From Tubulanus polymorphus (taxonomy: Eukaryota > Animalia > Nemertea): a stretch of DNA of 64,000 bases. A program made the position numbers and the translations under genes. This document shows positions 1 through 13,300 of this stretch, one piece after another. The first letter of the stretch is position 1. The number at the start of each line of letters is the position of its first letter. The stretch spans positions 16,464,150 to 16,528,149 of the forward strand of contig NC_134026.1 of assembly GCF_964204645.1 (NCBI RefSeq). The letters run 5' to 3'. The notes below the pieces were generated by a model. That model was given only the letters and a program-made list of their open reading frames with translations. It was not told the origin of the DNA and did not search any database.

Positions 1-129
1 CAGAAATTAAATCGGTGTTTCTAAAATGTTTCTAATTAAATGGATGAAAATATATTAAATCTTATTAAATCTTATTTACAGAAATCAAGAGAAAATGAAA
101 TCTATTATAATGGTCTCAGGATTAGTTTC

Positions 130-375
130 ATTTTACTCACACTTTACTCACACATTATATAACTTAATATCTAATTCATTCTACTCACACTTTTAGTATT
201 AATAAATCTAAATCATTTTTACTCACACTTTACTCACACTTTTAGTATTGAAAAATCTAAATTATTTTAACTCACACTTTACTCACACTTTTAGTATCTT
301 AAAGTCTAAATTATTTTACTCACACTTTTAGTATTGAAAAATCTAAATTATTTTTACTCAATTTTACTCGCACCT
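130..375. repeat. AT-rich tandem repeats with core TTTTACTCACAC(TTTTAGTA)
   Basis: TTTACTCACAC recurs many times in ~40-50 bp units (e.g. tctaaattatttttactcacacttttagtattgaaaaa). Composition resembles the AT-rich Polinton-like DNA at the window end. Confidence 0.75.
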
Positions 376-1785
376 TAATCATTGAACAATTTTATCATTT
401 TCTTAACGCTTTTATATTAACAAGTTTGATTATTTTTGGAAAAAAGCAAAAAAAAAAAAATTTTTTTAAAATCTTTAAACTTATTTTTATTTTTTAATTA
501 GCTGATATTTTATCTCAATATTTAGTTTTTATCTTTTCTAATTTTGATATTTTATGTTCAATTTCTTTTGTAACATCGACTAACTTTTTTTGTATCAAAT
601 TGTTTTTTTTTGCTGGTTTTATTCTGTTATTTATTGCCGCTAAGAATGCTTTTCTGTCTCCTATTTATTAGGAAAAAGATTACTAGTGGTGATGAGTGAT
701 TTGACGCCCTCTCGCCCTCTGGTATGAAAGCCCACATTTCCCATTACTTAAGTGGAACGACTAACTCGGATTTCCTCCAACGTAATCGAAGCTAAAGATT
801 TTCATGCCAAGACGGTGATAACTTTTATTTCTTATTCGTTTACATTTCAACAATCAAGATGAAGAAGAACTTAAGGTATTGAAAAGGCAATATCCGGAAC
901 CGAAGATGTTAAATACATATATGAAGCGTGGGATGTATCGTATGTTAAAACAATATTCTGTTCTTGAAGACCGACAAAAACGCATGAGATATCTTGCATC
1001 GCTAATTAACAATACAACAACCACTGACGTAACCGGCGAAGAGGTAACTGGGTATATTGTGTTTAAATTGGTTATCCGGTATGTGCTATAATTTTGTTCA
1101 ATATATATGTCGTATGTTGAATTCCCCATCTTACATATTTCCACAGCCAACTAAACTTGACAAGAGAATGCAAGCACAGGAAATGAGCAGTAAATTACAA
1201 AATGAGCCTGAAAAATCAGGTGATCCTTCGGAGCTTATATCTGACCTTGGAGAAATCCTCGCTGCCGCACCAGGTAATGATCAAATTGAGAAACATGATA
1301 AAATCCTGATCGTTGATATATGTTCACGGATCTGTGGATCCGTTCTAAGATATGCCCTTCTAGCATATTTGAAATATGAAATTAATTGAAGGACAGGCTA
1401 TTTATAATTTGTGAAGCTGCCGCGTCAAGCCCAATGGGGCTCTTGTTTAACTTCATCATGAAATTACCGCCACCTCAATTTAATTCAGTCGACGTGAACT
1501 TCGACGGTCATGTTCATACGGCTCTTTTATTAATTCGTTTAGATTATTTTTAATTTTTATTATAACATATATGTGCCTATGCTGATTATTTGGACCAAAA
1601 GAATCTTATTGGTACCGGTACTGGACGGCCGTAAAATTATAATAATTTCAAAGGAATTTGAACCGGTACTTGTTTGGTCGTAGGATTTCATGTTTGCAAC
1701 CATCTACAACTACGGTCCGACACCGCGAACGTGCTCAATATTTATCTGATAATATTCGTTTCTGAAGTTTTCAAAAAGTCGATGA

Positions 1786-2019
1786 ACTTCGATAACCGAA
1801 GTTTGCCTAGTAGAAATAGACATTAGGTACCTGGTCTCTTTCACCCCACTTGATTCTGACTTCTTCTACAGGTGGCAGCCAGGGCCACCTTCGGTTATCT
1901 GAGTTAGTCGAGTATAGTCGAACTAAACGAAACCGAATGTCCGATAGTCGGAACTATATTCCGGGAAATAGTTCGAAAATCAAGCGCATTCGGTTATTAG
2001 TTCCGACCACTAGTCGACT
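1786..2019. repeat. Imperfect fold-back (MITE-like) sequence
   Basis: gataaccgaag pairs with cttcggttatc; agtcga..gaactaa..aaccgaatg pairs with cattcggtt..ttagttc..tcgact. Confidence 0.45.
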
Positions 2020-3065
2020 AGATACGAAAACCGAATTTGGCCCAGTCAACGGTATCGTAATATAATAATTCCATATAAAATTGCCTGCAAATAATGGGAT
2101 TCGAACCTAACTCGTTGCATCGATAGGTCCGGTGCCCTGTCCGACAGTGGGTATCCCCGTGGGAAAACCCGTTTACTATTTAAAGAAAAAATGAAGAAAT
2201 TCCGCGTTTTTGGAATCCGCGATTCAGTCTTTCCGCGATATGACAACACCGCATCTCCATCAGTATATCCTTACAACCATATGCAGTAAATTTGATTCGT
2301 GCCTAAAATTTATTTGTTCAATACACATGATAGAACCAATTAACTACCGGTACGCCTGCGATCCATGAATTTCCAGTGTACAGTTTTGTACTGGACTACG
2401 TATTCTTTTCATTAAAAGTCGAACCATTTTGCCTGGTGTTTGCATAAAACTGCCCGTGTTAACACGAACGGGAAAGTCCACTCTGACTCCGTGACTATTC
2501 GCTTATAGGTATATGTAATTAAGTACCGGCAATATGTGACTTGAAAAAACTTTAATACGCAGTCAGTAGGTTATATTTCTGCCTTGCCTGCCTTTTTATA
2601 ACCATTTTTGGAAATTTCAATCTTTATTGAATATCGAAGGCCTCACCGGTCGATCAAATGCTAGAAGAAACTTAGCAGCTACCCGTCGCCAACAACTCAT
2701 GGATGAAGACGTAAGTACTATTGATAATAATAGTTAATTTCAAGTTTATTCTGATATTCGCTGTTATGTCTTAATTTCTATGAATATTTTCATAGTTACT
2801 TATCAAAATCATAAATGATTGTGATAAGTTATTAAGAAGATTGATATCAAGTTACGATATCAATTGGAGGTGCCCGACGATGCAAATCGCTCGTATATTC
2901 GGGTCACCCAGATCGCACTCTCCACACCATATGTCACGAAAGAAAATTCTGATCAAGAAATGTGAAAAATTGTTAGAGTATGTTCTTGGATTTCAAGCGA
3001 ATTGTTTAAGGAAGATTTCATATCAGTATTCCAATTTGCCAGTTCAAGGATAACTTCGATCGCTC

Positions 3066-3648
3066 CTACTTAATATAAATTGTTCGCTTTGAGTTGAGTA
3101 TATATTGACAGTCCTGTTTCTGAGTTCTTGATTGTATTGAGCGTTTTGTACTTATTACCGGACGGTTAATTTTGGGTATTTGTTTCGGGCCGATCGTCTT
3201 CTTCGTCTGTATGATCAGTAAAGTACAATTGAAAGTGCTTCGTCTGCGTTTCGATGTCAATATAGCTTTCTTCTCCATTCTTCTGATCTCTATTTAACAT
3301 CGACCAGACATTTCTCGGGTTATTCGACAGTAACGTACGTAGATCGTGATGGAAATTTATAACGCGTTATTTCTCTTATTTTTGCGCAGTTGTTTTGTAC
3401 GCGTTACACGCAACAATATTTGACGATTCTTGCCTATTTCGATCTTACAATGAATATTCCTTATTTTTCTGTATTCGCGTCTTCTACGGTTGCATTCGGG
3501 TACCGAACCAAACCTTGTTACCCTGTTGTGGCAACCTAGGTTTCTTTCGAGATACCGGCTTAATTTTACGGGAACAGTCACCAAGCAAATTAGGCATATT
3601 GCGCAACAGATTCTCAATTGCTTATCTATCTGCTTCGGTGCCTATGTT
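3066..3648 (-). pseudogene. Degraded non-LTR (LINE) retrotransposon ORF2 fragment, endonuclease-RT linker region
   Basis: Broken minus-strand frames give KVWFG / PECNRRRREYRKIRN and LSNNPRNVWSMLN, resembling the LINE linker motifs PWF..EC and NPK.FW..LN. Many stops and frameshifts. Confidence 0.45.
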
Positions 3649-3649
3649 C

Positions 3650-4439
3650 ATGGGCGACAATCCCCGCCAAAAAATGATGTTTTGTTTCACGTAGCGAAAA
3701 ATTATGTCATCCTGGTTATCCGGAAATAATTCTTTCAACGTTCAGCTGTTTCGACGTTTCGACCAGCAGTTAATACGATCTTCTTTAAATGACGATAATT
3801 GGGGAACACGGAAATAGTTCGCCTTTTAACTGAGAGAGCGTTGTTTTCTATCGGCCACAGCAGATCTCCTCACAACGCATGCGCAGCGGAAGTAAACAAA
3901 CACACTTTGCTGGTGGTGCAGTAGTGCTAGATAGTAAACAATAGGTGGTGTCGATTTCTATCCATCAGAGCAGGATCGTTTAACTGCTGTGGATAGAAAG
4001 TAGGTTTCCTTTCGATTTTCTATCCGTCAGAGCGGGATCGTTTTACTAGTTGTGATGGATAGAAATTGGGTTTCTTTTCGATCATTTAACCGTCCAGAGA
4101 AGGATCTATAATACAGGCTTTTAAAAGCTTTAAAGGCTTTTATAATTTTGATCGGTTGGTTTTCGTTCAACATACATATTCCAATTATTTCAAAAGTATT
4201 TTTTGCGTATTTACTGGCAAATTCATTTCTTTTTTCCTTTTGAATGATTTTTAAGTTTTGCAAATTATTTCCGGGTTTCTCGGGATGACGTTATTTACAT
4301 TTACCCGGCGTCAGCTACTGACATTTCGGCGCATGACTTCGCGGCGCAGAGATGTCTTCGCGACGCAGATTTGTCTTTATCGCGGCTTTATTACTACGCG
4401 TAACTCAACACAGTCTTTTTGGCGGGGATTGTCGCCCAT
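3650..4439. mobile_element. Non-autonomous DNA transposon/MITE with 24-bp inverted termini
   Basis: atgggcgacaatccccgccaaaaa (3650-3673) is the exact reverse complement of 4416-4439. TSD unclear. Confidence 0.55.
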
Positions 4440-6892
4440 ACATGTTGCGTTGATTCGTGCTTCATGGCAATCGATTTCGTTATCAGGCAGATTTTCTATA
4501 TATATACATGTTTTATGATAAAAATGGCGGTGACCATGTTGGACGATAACTTATTGTGCGCTGAACGTGCGTGACCCAGCCCTGGCAGTGGTTGTCTCCG
4601 CAGTGATCTCCGTCGCTCTACGATCCTAGTGTGTAACCGATCACCCAGACACGTTCACTCAAATTTGCGTGACTTTTGCCAACCGGTTGGCATTTTTGTC
4701 CGTATTCAAACTGTGATATCTCAGCAAATAAACAACCGATTTTGATAAATTAACTATCTGCAATAACCTTAAGACGACTTACGTTTGTTCATTATATGAT
4801 TTTGACGATAGATCTGATTTTATTACGATTAATTTTAAGATACAAAAATGATGTCCCGTTAAGCTCGATGTATTGTTGCTAACAACGCCTAGTAACAATG
4901 CCTAGTTTCAAAGTGAAAAAGTGATGTCGTTTTTGCTATTTCTGTATTCATATCGCACCAGGCATTGGCTAAGATGATGGATAATCCAAATGAATATATT
5001 GATAAACTGAATGTGGGAGGTTTGTAATGCTAGTCTATTTTCACAATCGGTTTGCTGGTGGTTTAAAGTCACAGGTGATTTAAAAGTATTGAGAAAATGT
5101 TGTTCGTGTCTTTGCATAGTGTCTGTGATACAACAGACGCTAAGGTTCTAGGTGAAGTTCCTTAGTGTATCCGTGTGTACGCGCGTCACTGTTTGTCGCA
5201 TCTGGCTTTCGCGCACTGCGGCTCATTTATTGAAATTGTAGCCCTCTGAAATACCAGTTAATCACGATGCCCACGGGCCCATGGGACCCCGGTCTTATTT
5301 TTGTGTTGGTAATATTTATATATGTCATTTCCAGCTGAGCGATACTGTCACTACCCCTTCAGCGATACAGCATAAAAGTACCCATGATCATATTAAAGAG
5401 CCGCCTAGATTACTGGGACCACGATGGGAGCTTCCAACCTACGAATCTACAATCGCGAGCCGATTGAGGGATATGTGGAGACAGGTGACTGGAATATTCC
5501 GCCGAAGAACCGTTTCGGTAAACCCGGATATATAAGTGCCACCCGGGCCGTCAGGTGGCCGTTGCACAATCTGCCCCGGATCAACAATATTTGTTAGCGA
5601 TTACTTATTGAGATTAAATATTTTCATCGTATTGATGTGCATATAGTTATGGCAGGCTAATTTCTATTCAAATCTGCGGCTATGTCAATGTTTGTCATCG
5701 TTTATTATCGTAGGGAACTCTAAACACGGGTAACTGTCAAGTAGATTTGGAGAGTTCCTCAAAACCCTGTTTATAAGAATCGAAACGATATGTATCAATA
5801 TGTATATGTCTAGTAACAGTCAATCTCGCTTAACTCGTCGTCGGTTAATTCTTAAAACTACCTCATTCGTTTAGAAATAAAAGGTCTCAATGTTTCCTTT
5901 GTCATTGCTTTAGATAATTCGCACTTCGTAATTCATCGCCGTTTCCACGGTCTCTTAACAAGAATTGAAAATGCGAAGCATAATTCGTTTTTCATTGTTC
6001 CGCCTGCAGCGGCTGGCAGTGATTGGTAAACAATATCGATTACTGGTAAGTCATTGCTACTGAGCGTGCCACAGCCACGCGACGTATTTTCCCGCCATTT
6101 AACAATGAATAGCCGTGGCACGCGGCGCTTGTATCAATGCCAATGGAAACAATTTTTAGCAAGTTTTTTATTCGTAGTTTATACGAATTAATAGATAGAT
6201 CGTTAATTCTTCGAATTATACATAATTCATAGAAAATATACGATTATTACGTATAATCCGTATAGTGTCTAATTCGTGCAAAAACCACGGACCCATGAGT
6301 ACGAATACAGCGAGGTGGACTGTTCTTGTCCGAAATGATGCTTCATCTAAAAGGGCCACTTTTCGAAGCAAAACATCGATAAAAAGTCACACAATGATGA
6401 AGATTGTCCTCTCAATCCTCTCAATGTGTTGTTTATGTGGCAAAGTTATTCATTTTCTGCTGCTGAAAATGGAAAGGTGGAGATTCGTTTTCGAAAAGAC
6501 GTGCGGAGGTAAACCTTTGATTTGAATTAACCTAGTTCAGTCGTCTAGGATTCTTCAAATACGTCCTCGTACATCTCAATTTCCCATTTACTAATCAATT
6601 TTACGCATTTGGCTCTACAAATTCATAAGGATAGTGACGAGTGCAATGAATCGCGAAAGACAAACACAAAAGTAAAACATAAGTCCGACAATCACGAAAT
6701 CGAAAAATGTTTTGAAACATCGTAACGTTAAAGTTTATCAAGAGTCCGAATTTTCGGTTTTTCGACTAAAAACCATTTTCAAGGAATAACTCGAAAAACA
6801 ACATGGCGAGGTAAATATACAACGATACACACTATTGCACACTAAACTACTGGGTGTAAATGACCAGATAGGAGATTTACTGGTAGACTCAA

Positions 6893-7017
6893 CTACAGTA
6901 GACTCCTCTCGAATTGAGTTTTGTTTTATAATTTTGTCAAAATCCAACTGGAATTCCGCTTAACTTGTTGATTTTTTATCTGGTCCCAATGAATTCAAGT
7001 TGAGCGGATTTTACTGT
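6893..7017. mobile_element. Short Tc1/mariner (pogo/Tigger-like) MITE remnant
   Basis: tacagtagactc... at the left end and ...gagcggattttactgt at the right end form imperfect TA-CAGTA type TIRs. Confidence 0.35.
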
Positions 7018-8973
7018 CTATGGCACCAAGTTGCTGTTAAGCGGGAAAACTGTCAATTTCTCGGAATTATTTCTATTTACAGACGCGTTCATATAGACGA
7101 GTGTGTGTTTTGCACGACAGGCAACATACACAACTGAAATCCAGGCATCATCTTAGGGGCTGACCCAGCCTACTGCTACTACCGCTTGAGCGGTACCATG
7201 ATTGTAGAAAGGCCCCTCTTTTTTCACTTTTCGATCATTTACAGTGTTCACGTGAACCTGCGGTATTGTCTACCGTTTTACTTCCGGGTTTAATTTTAAG
7301 ATCTAAAATTGTATTTCAATATCGATATCTGTGAAATCTTTAATTGATTTGGTTTTTGGGAGGAATATTTTTATTTGCACTACAGAAAATATCAATGACA
7401 ATTGTGCAAAGTCCGGGAAATGTAGCTTTTTCTCAATTCGGATGGATGACCTTGATATGCTAATTAGCCATGTGCTCGAACTGCAAACTCAATCAAATTT
7501 TATTCTGCATAAATATCAAATCCAATTCAATTTTACTTTATTGAACAAGCTAAAACAGCAATTCCAATTCAATTGTTTTATTGAGCAAAGTTCAGAAAAT
7601 TCAATTGTATTCAGCATTCAAATCAATACGACCAAGGCAAAAGATCTATCTGAGGTATTTGTTCCTGCCAGCTCCAGTTGCTGTCTGTGCTAGTTACGAA
7701 AACACGATTGAATTGTGTAAATTATTAGCCTGGGATTGACACGTATGAGCTGGGGTGTATTTGGACAAACTTAACCCACAGAATGCATCATTTGCCATTT
7801 TATGAGTAGCTGACAGGCTGGCCATAGTGCCCCTTTGGGCTCTTGTTCTTTAATGTAAAAATGTAATATTTTGTGGATGCAGAGAATTAGGACTTGATCC
7901 GCCCGAATTGACTCAGATTGGACCTTATTCACAAACGCCACGCAAGCAAATCCTCCCTTAAGTCCAAATTTGCGAAAATCTCCGTATTCACTAAAATCCA
8001 CGCAAATATTTTCCTCGCAAATTCATAAATATTTCCCGCAAATCTGCGTGGACTAAGGGGCACCCCTAAACGCTCAATTTTCCACGCAAATAATTTTTCG
8101 TGGCTTTTTAAAGTGAAATTACGTGAATGATTGATATTTTGCAACGAACGAACGATTTTATAGACCGGTACCCTACTAACTTTTTCCGGAACCCAACTGG
8201 GATCCATTGTTAGTTGAGACTCTATTCATCTATTTGCCGTATGGTGGCCAGACTTCGTCGTTATATCACCTATACATAATTATTTTATTAAGGAAAGGCT
8301 TTTGAATTAAATTTTTGATGTATTCTCGAATTCCAAAATCATGAAATCGATCATATGTTAAGAAAGGTTCATGTGTCCATTCCCCATCATGGATAATGAA
8401 TGTTTGAAATGTTATGTTAATTCAAATATGATGATTGTTGCTTTGATGATAAATCAAATCAAATACAAATTTTTTTCAACGAGGTCACTTCAAGAATCCA
8501 GTTATGGAGGCGGTAAAATTAGATATTGATGCAATATATCAATCTGCAATCGAAGTTTTACATTTGGAATGGTTCGGTTGCGTGAAAAATTGCGAATCAC
8601 TTTTTGCGAGGAGTTTTTTTAGTGAATACCACGCAACGCAAAATTATTTTCATCACAAATGGTCTCGCAACGCAAATCCATGCGAACTTGCATAACGTTA
8701 ATGATGTGCCCCAGAGTCCTAGAAATTCCAAATTTTCTATGACATAGGTGCCCTTCCACAGCTTTTTTTGGGGGGGGGGGGAGGTGGAGGATCAGCTGTG
8801 AATGAGCGCTTGTATACACACAATCTGGTCACGTGCTTCAATTAAAATTATTCACGAGCCGTATTTGAATTATTCAAGATAAAAAGGAACTAGTCTTCCA
8901 TCTAGTAGATTTACAAATTAATCTAAAAAGATAGCAAGAAAATGTTTGTCTAAATCATAATACATGCACTATA

Positions 8974-9273
8974 AAGCCCAACGCACACGGCAAAACATTC
9001 GTTCCGCCGAAAGTGAAAACACGTCTTTCACAAAACGTTTTTCGTAAAACGTTTTGCCCGCAAACGATAAAACGTTCAACGCACATGGGACGAAAAACGT
9101 TTTCGACTACACAAAACGTTTTTCGCAAATCAAGCAGTGCTTGTTTCGCGAAAAACGTTTTTCAGTTCGGCGTTTTGTGTTTTGCCTCCCCCGCACACGG
9201 CATAACAAAAAACATCGAAAACGTTTTTTTCACGAGGAAAAAACGTTTTTTCGGTGCCGTGTGCGTTGGGCTT
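8974..9273. mobile_element. 300-bp MITE
   Basis: TIR aagcccaacgcacacggca / tgccgtgtgcgttgggctt, flanked by TA on both sides; internal repeats of the palindrome AAAACGTTTT. Confidence 0.8.
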
Positions 9274-10164
9274 TAGGCTGAAAAATGGTTTTTATTAAAA
9301 AATGGTCAATTTCACTTTCGCCTGTAAGCTGGTCTGCAACATCATTGCCTCCATGGATGAGGAAAGAGCTCTTCTGATGTCTGCTTCATCATGACTTTGG
9401 AGCATATCGTGTGGCCTAGCCAAGTCGGTTTGGCTGCCACTCAATATCCTTTTGAGTCTGGATTGAAGTGGACGTCATTTGAAATAACTTGTTTATGTTG
9501 TTCTGTATGAATTACGCATGTGTTTCGTGTTCTATTTCCTTATGTTTAAATTTGTAACTTGTGTTTTGTATATTGTATTTTTAGGGTTTTCTGTTTCTTC
9601 ACAGAAAACCCTATTGAAATTCGCGTGATTATTATTATTTTTTTTTCCCTTTTCCACATAGTTTTTGTTAAAAGTGTAAAGGCTTCCTTACCTTACCGCT
9701 GTCGCCGATACAATCCGTATGATGTCCTTCAGCTCACTTCAATCTCCAGATACTGCATGGGAATTTTGATAAATCCACGTTATAAAGGCACTGTCGAGCC
9801 GTAAACATCGGAAATTTGGCTCCATTCAATTAGTTGCCATGTTGTGTTTTCTTACCGATATTTCTCTCTTCTTTTCGAGGAAGAGCTATCGAATAATTCC
9901 CTCTCTTCTCCACAATCAATTTCAAAGTCAATTTTATGAATTTATTGCTCAGCGGGTCCGAGTCCAAGAGTTTACGAGTCCGGCGTTCGCGTGTCTGACA
10001 GGCTTACGGGCATTTGTTTGTTACCTCTTTAATATTTTTGATTTCTTGTTATTCCGGTTATTTTATTTAAGTATATTGCTGATCAGTTCATGTAACCAAA
10101 AGCGTCAATAAACGAGATTGGTGCGGTTTCTGACATTTTTCATACTTTACTATCGTTTTTCTGA

Positions 10165-10392
10165 CTATTTCCGGATCGTTCCAGAATAAATTAGAATTGC
10201 TTTTCCAGAAATTTCCGGATCTATCCAGAAAGCTGATCTCGTAACGGCACGGAGGGGGGATGCCGCGGAATTCCGGAAAATCGGAATTATTTTTCCAGAA
10301 ATTTCCGGATCGTTCCAGAATAAATTAGAATTGCTTTTCCAGAAATTTCCGGATCTATCCAGAAAGCTGACCGTCAACAATATCCGGATATA
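10165..10392. repeat. Left subterminal repeats (TTCCGGA/TTCCAGAA-rich)
   Basis: Unit ttccggatcgttccagaataaattagaattgcttttccagaaatttccggatctatccagaaagctga occurs twice, with further TCCGGA motifs. Confidence 0.85.
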
Positions 10393-10398
10393 CTTAGG

Positions 10399-13300
10399 AT
10401 GGAGACTATTCACAAAGATATAATTTATGGGACTGTGTCATCCAGAAGAGATGGATTTAAACCAATCGTGCTAATGCCGCCGTTACAGATGTGTTTGTTT
10501 TGCGATCGAAAAATAACTTTGAGAAATGAACCGTCTTTTCCACATGTATTTACGAAAACCGGAGTTCACATAGCGGCTTCGTTTTCTGGAGAATGTAGGC
10601 ATTGTGTGAACAAGAAGCTTTTATATCACCCGCAATATTTCACAATGAATGGAATGAAGGACGAGCGTTATTATTATGAAAATCCAAACGAAACCTATTT
10701 TCTATCAACATCTCAAACCGCGTTTTCAATTGATTATCTTGAACATGTTTCCGTCTCGATAAATCATTTCGGGGCCTCTTTCAAAGCGCTCGCGGACGCC
10801 TACAACGAAGAACACGAAAATGCGAACAAAACAAGACTGCACTGTTCATCGGTCTTTTCGCGTACTCCTACAAGTGATGGTCAAGATGATTCGATAAATT
10901 GGTACCTGAATGAACTCAGACTCGAAGAAGCGTGGTTTTTGTACAGAATAACTAGGGAATCAAAACTGAACTACCCAAACCTGAAGACGCCAATATCAAA
11001 TTTCAAATACTTAAAGAATGGACACATCGATTTAGATGCAATTTGCAAACAAGCGTGGCCGGTGAGTCTTTGAAAATTGTTCCTCAATGTTGACAAGAAA
11101 GATATAGGCTACTGATATCATGCTACATTTCACATTGAGTCCATGTTAACATTACATATACTTATAAGAAACCCACATAACAGAAACGAACTAGGATTCT
11201 AACCATCTAAACCCCAATAAGCTATGGTACTCTCAAGCATAAACACCCACCAAAATAAACCTAACCGTAACTCTCTAAACACTAAACCCTCTAAATTCTC
11301 TCTAAAACCTTATCCCTAAACCCCCATTGAAACCTAACCCGCTAAACACTAAACCCTAACCCCCTAAACCCTAACCCTCTGAACACTAAAACCCGCTAAA
11401 ATCTAACTCTCTAATCCCTGAACACTAAACCCTAGCCCCCTAAGCCCTAGCCCCCTAAACCCTAACCCTCTAATCACTAAACCCTAACCCTAACCCCCTA
11501 ACCCCGTAAACCCTAAACCCTAACCCTCTAAAACCTAACCCCGTAAACCCTAACCCTCTAAACCCTATAAACACTAAACCTCTAAAGACAAAACCCTAAC
11601 CCTCTAATCACTAAAACTTACCCTCTAAACACTAAACCCTAGCCCCCTAAAACCTAACCCTCTAAAAACTAAACCTCTAAACACTAAACCCTAACCCTCT
11701 AATCATTCAACCCTAACCCTCTAAACACTAAATCCTAGCCCCCAAAACCCTAACCCTCTTAAACCTAAACCTCTAAACACTAAACCCTAACCCTCTAAAC
11801 ACTTACCCTCTGAACACTAAACCCTAACCCTCTTAACACTAAACCCTAGCCCCCTAAACCCTAACCCCGTAAACCCTAAACCCTAACCCTCTAAACACTA
11901 AACCCTAACCCTCTAATCACTAAACCCTAACCCTCTAAACACTAAACCCTAGCCCCCTAAACCCTAACCCTCTAAAACCTAAACCTCCAAACACTAAACC
12001 CTAACCCTCTTAACACTAAACCCTAGTCCCCTAAACCTTAGCCCCCTAAACCCTAACCCTCTAAAACCTAAACCCCTAACCCCGTAAACCCTAAACCTCT
12101 AAAACCTAACCCCGTAAACCCTAAACCCTCTAAAACCTAACCCTATAAACACTAAACCCTAACTCTCTAAACACTAAACCCTCTAAATTCTCTCTAAAAC
12201 CTTATCCCTAAACCCCCATTGAAACCTAACCCGCTAAACACTAAACCTCAACCCCCTAAACCCTAACCCTCTGAACACTAAAACCCGCTAAAATCTAACT
12301 TTCTAATCCCTGAACACTAAACCCTAGACCCCTAACCCTAGCCCCCTAAACCCTAACCCTCTAAAACCTAACCCCGTAAACCCTAAACCCAAACCCTCTA
12401 AAACCTAACCCTATAAACACTAAACCCTAACCCTCTAAACACTAAACCCTAACCCTCTAAACACTAAACCCTAGCCCCCTAAACCCTAACCCTCTAAAAC
12501 CTAAACCTCTAAACACTAAACCCTAACCCTCTAAAACCTAAACCTCTAAACACTAAACCCTAACCCTCTAAACACTAACCCTCTGAACACTAACCCTCTT
12601 AACACTAAACCCTAACCCTCTAAACACTAAACCCTAACCCCCTAAACCCTAGCCCCCTAAACCCTAACCCCCTAACCCCGTAAACCCTAAACCCTAAAAA
12701 CCACTGAACCCTAACCCTCTAACTCTCTAAACCCTGAACCCTCTAATTTCTCTCTAACCCTTTGAACACTAAACCCCCTAAACCCTAACCCTCTTAACCC
12801 TAACCCTCTAAACACTAAACCCTAACCCCCTAAACCCTAACCCCTAAACCCCTAAAACCTAAACACTAAACCCCTGAACACTCTAAACCCAAACCCTTTA
12901 AAACCTAAATCTATAAAATTTAACCCTTTAAAAACTAAACCCCTAACCCCGTAAACCCTAACCATATGAAACCTAACGCTCTAAAGCCTAACCCCCAAAC
13001 ACCACTCCTCTAATATAATGGGAAATAAATAGTTCGTTGCTTTGTTTATATAGAATCGCAGACAATAACGCGATTCTTTGCGATCTAATTTTAAAATAAG
13101 CTTAGCAGTCCGGTACTCGTTATATTAAAGGTATTTGAAGAAAAAGAACGAAAGTGGATTAAACATGTGTGCGAAACGAAGGGGTGTAGGGAGGGGTACG
13201 TCACTATCGATGGCAATGAAAAGCTTCATCGGGCAAAGTGTGCAGCGGATAGCCAAGTACATTTTGACGATACAAACTCAATCAGAACAATCATAACATG

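Noticed and set aside
854-1389. Host protein-coding exons
   Set aside because: Short ORFs with no recognisable domain and no consistent splice chain that I could build.
11190-13010. True telomere or chromosome end
   Set aside because: The array is highly degenerate and internal, and it lies between splice sites of the transposase gene.
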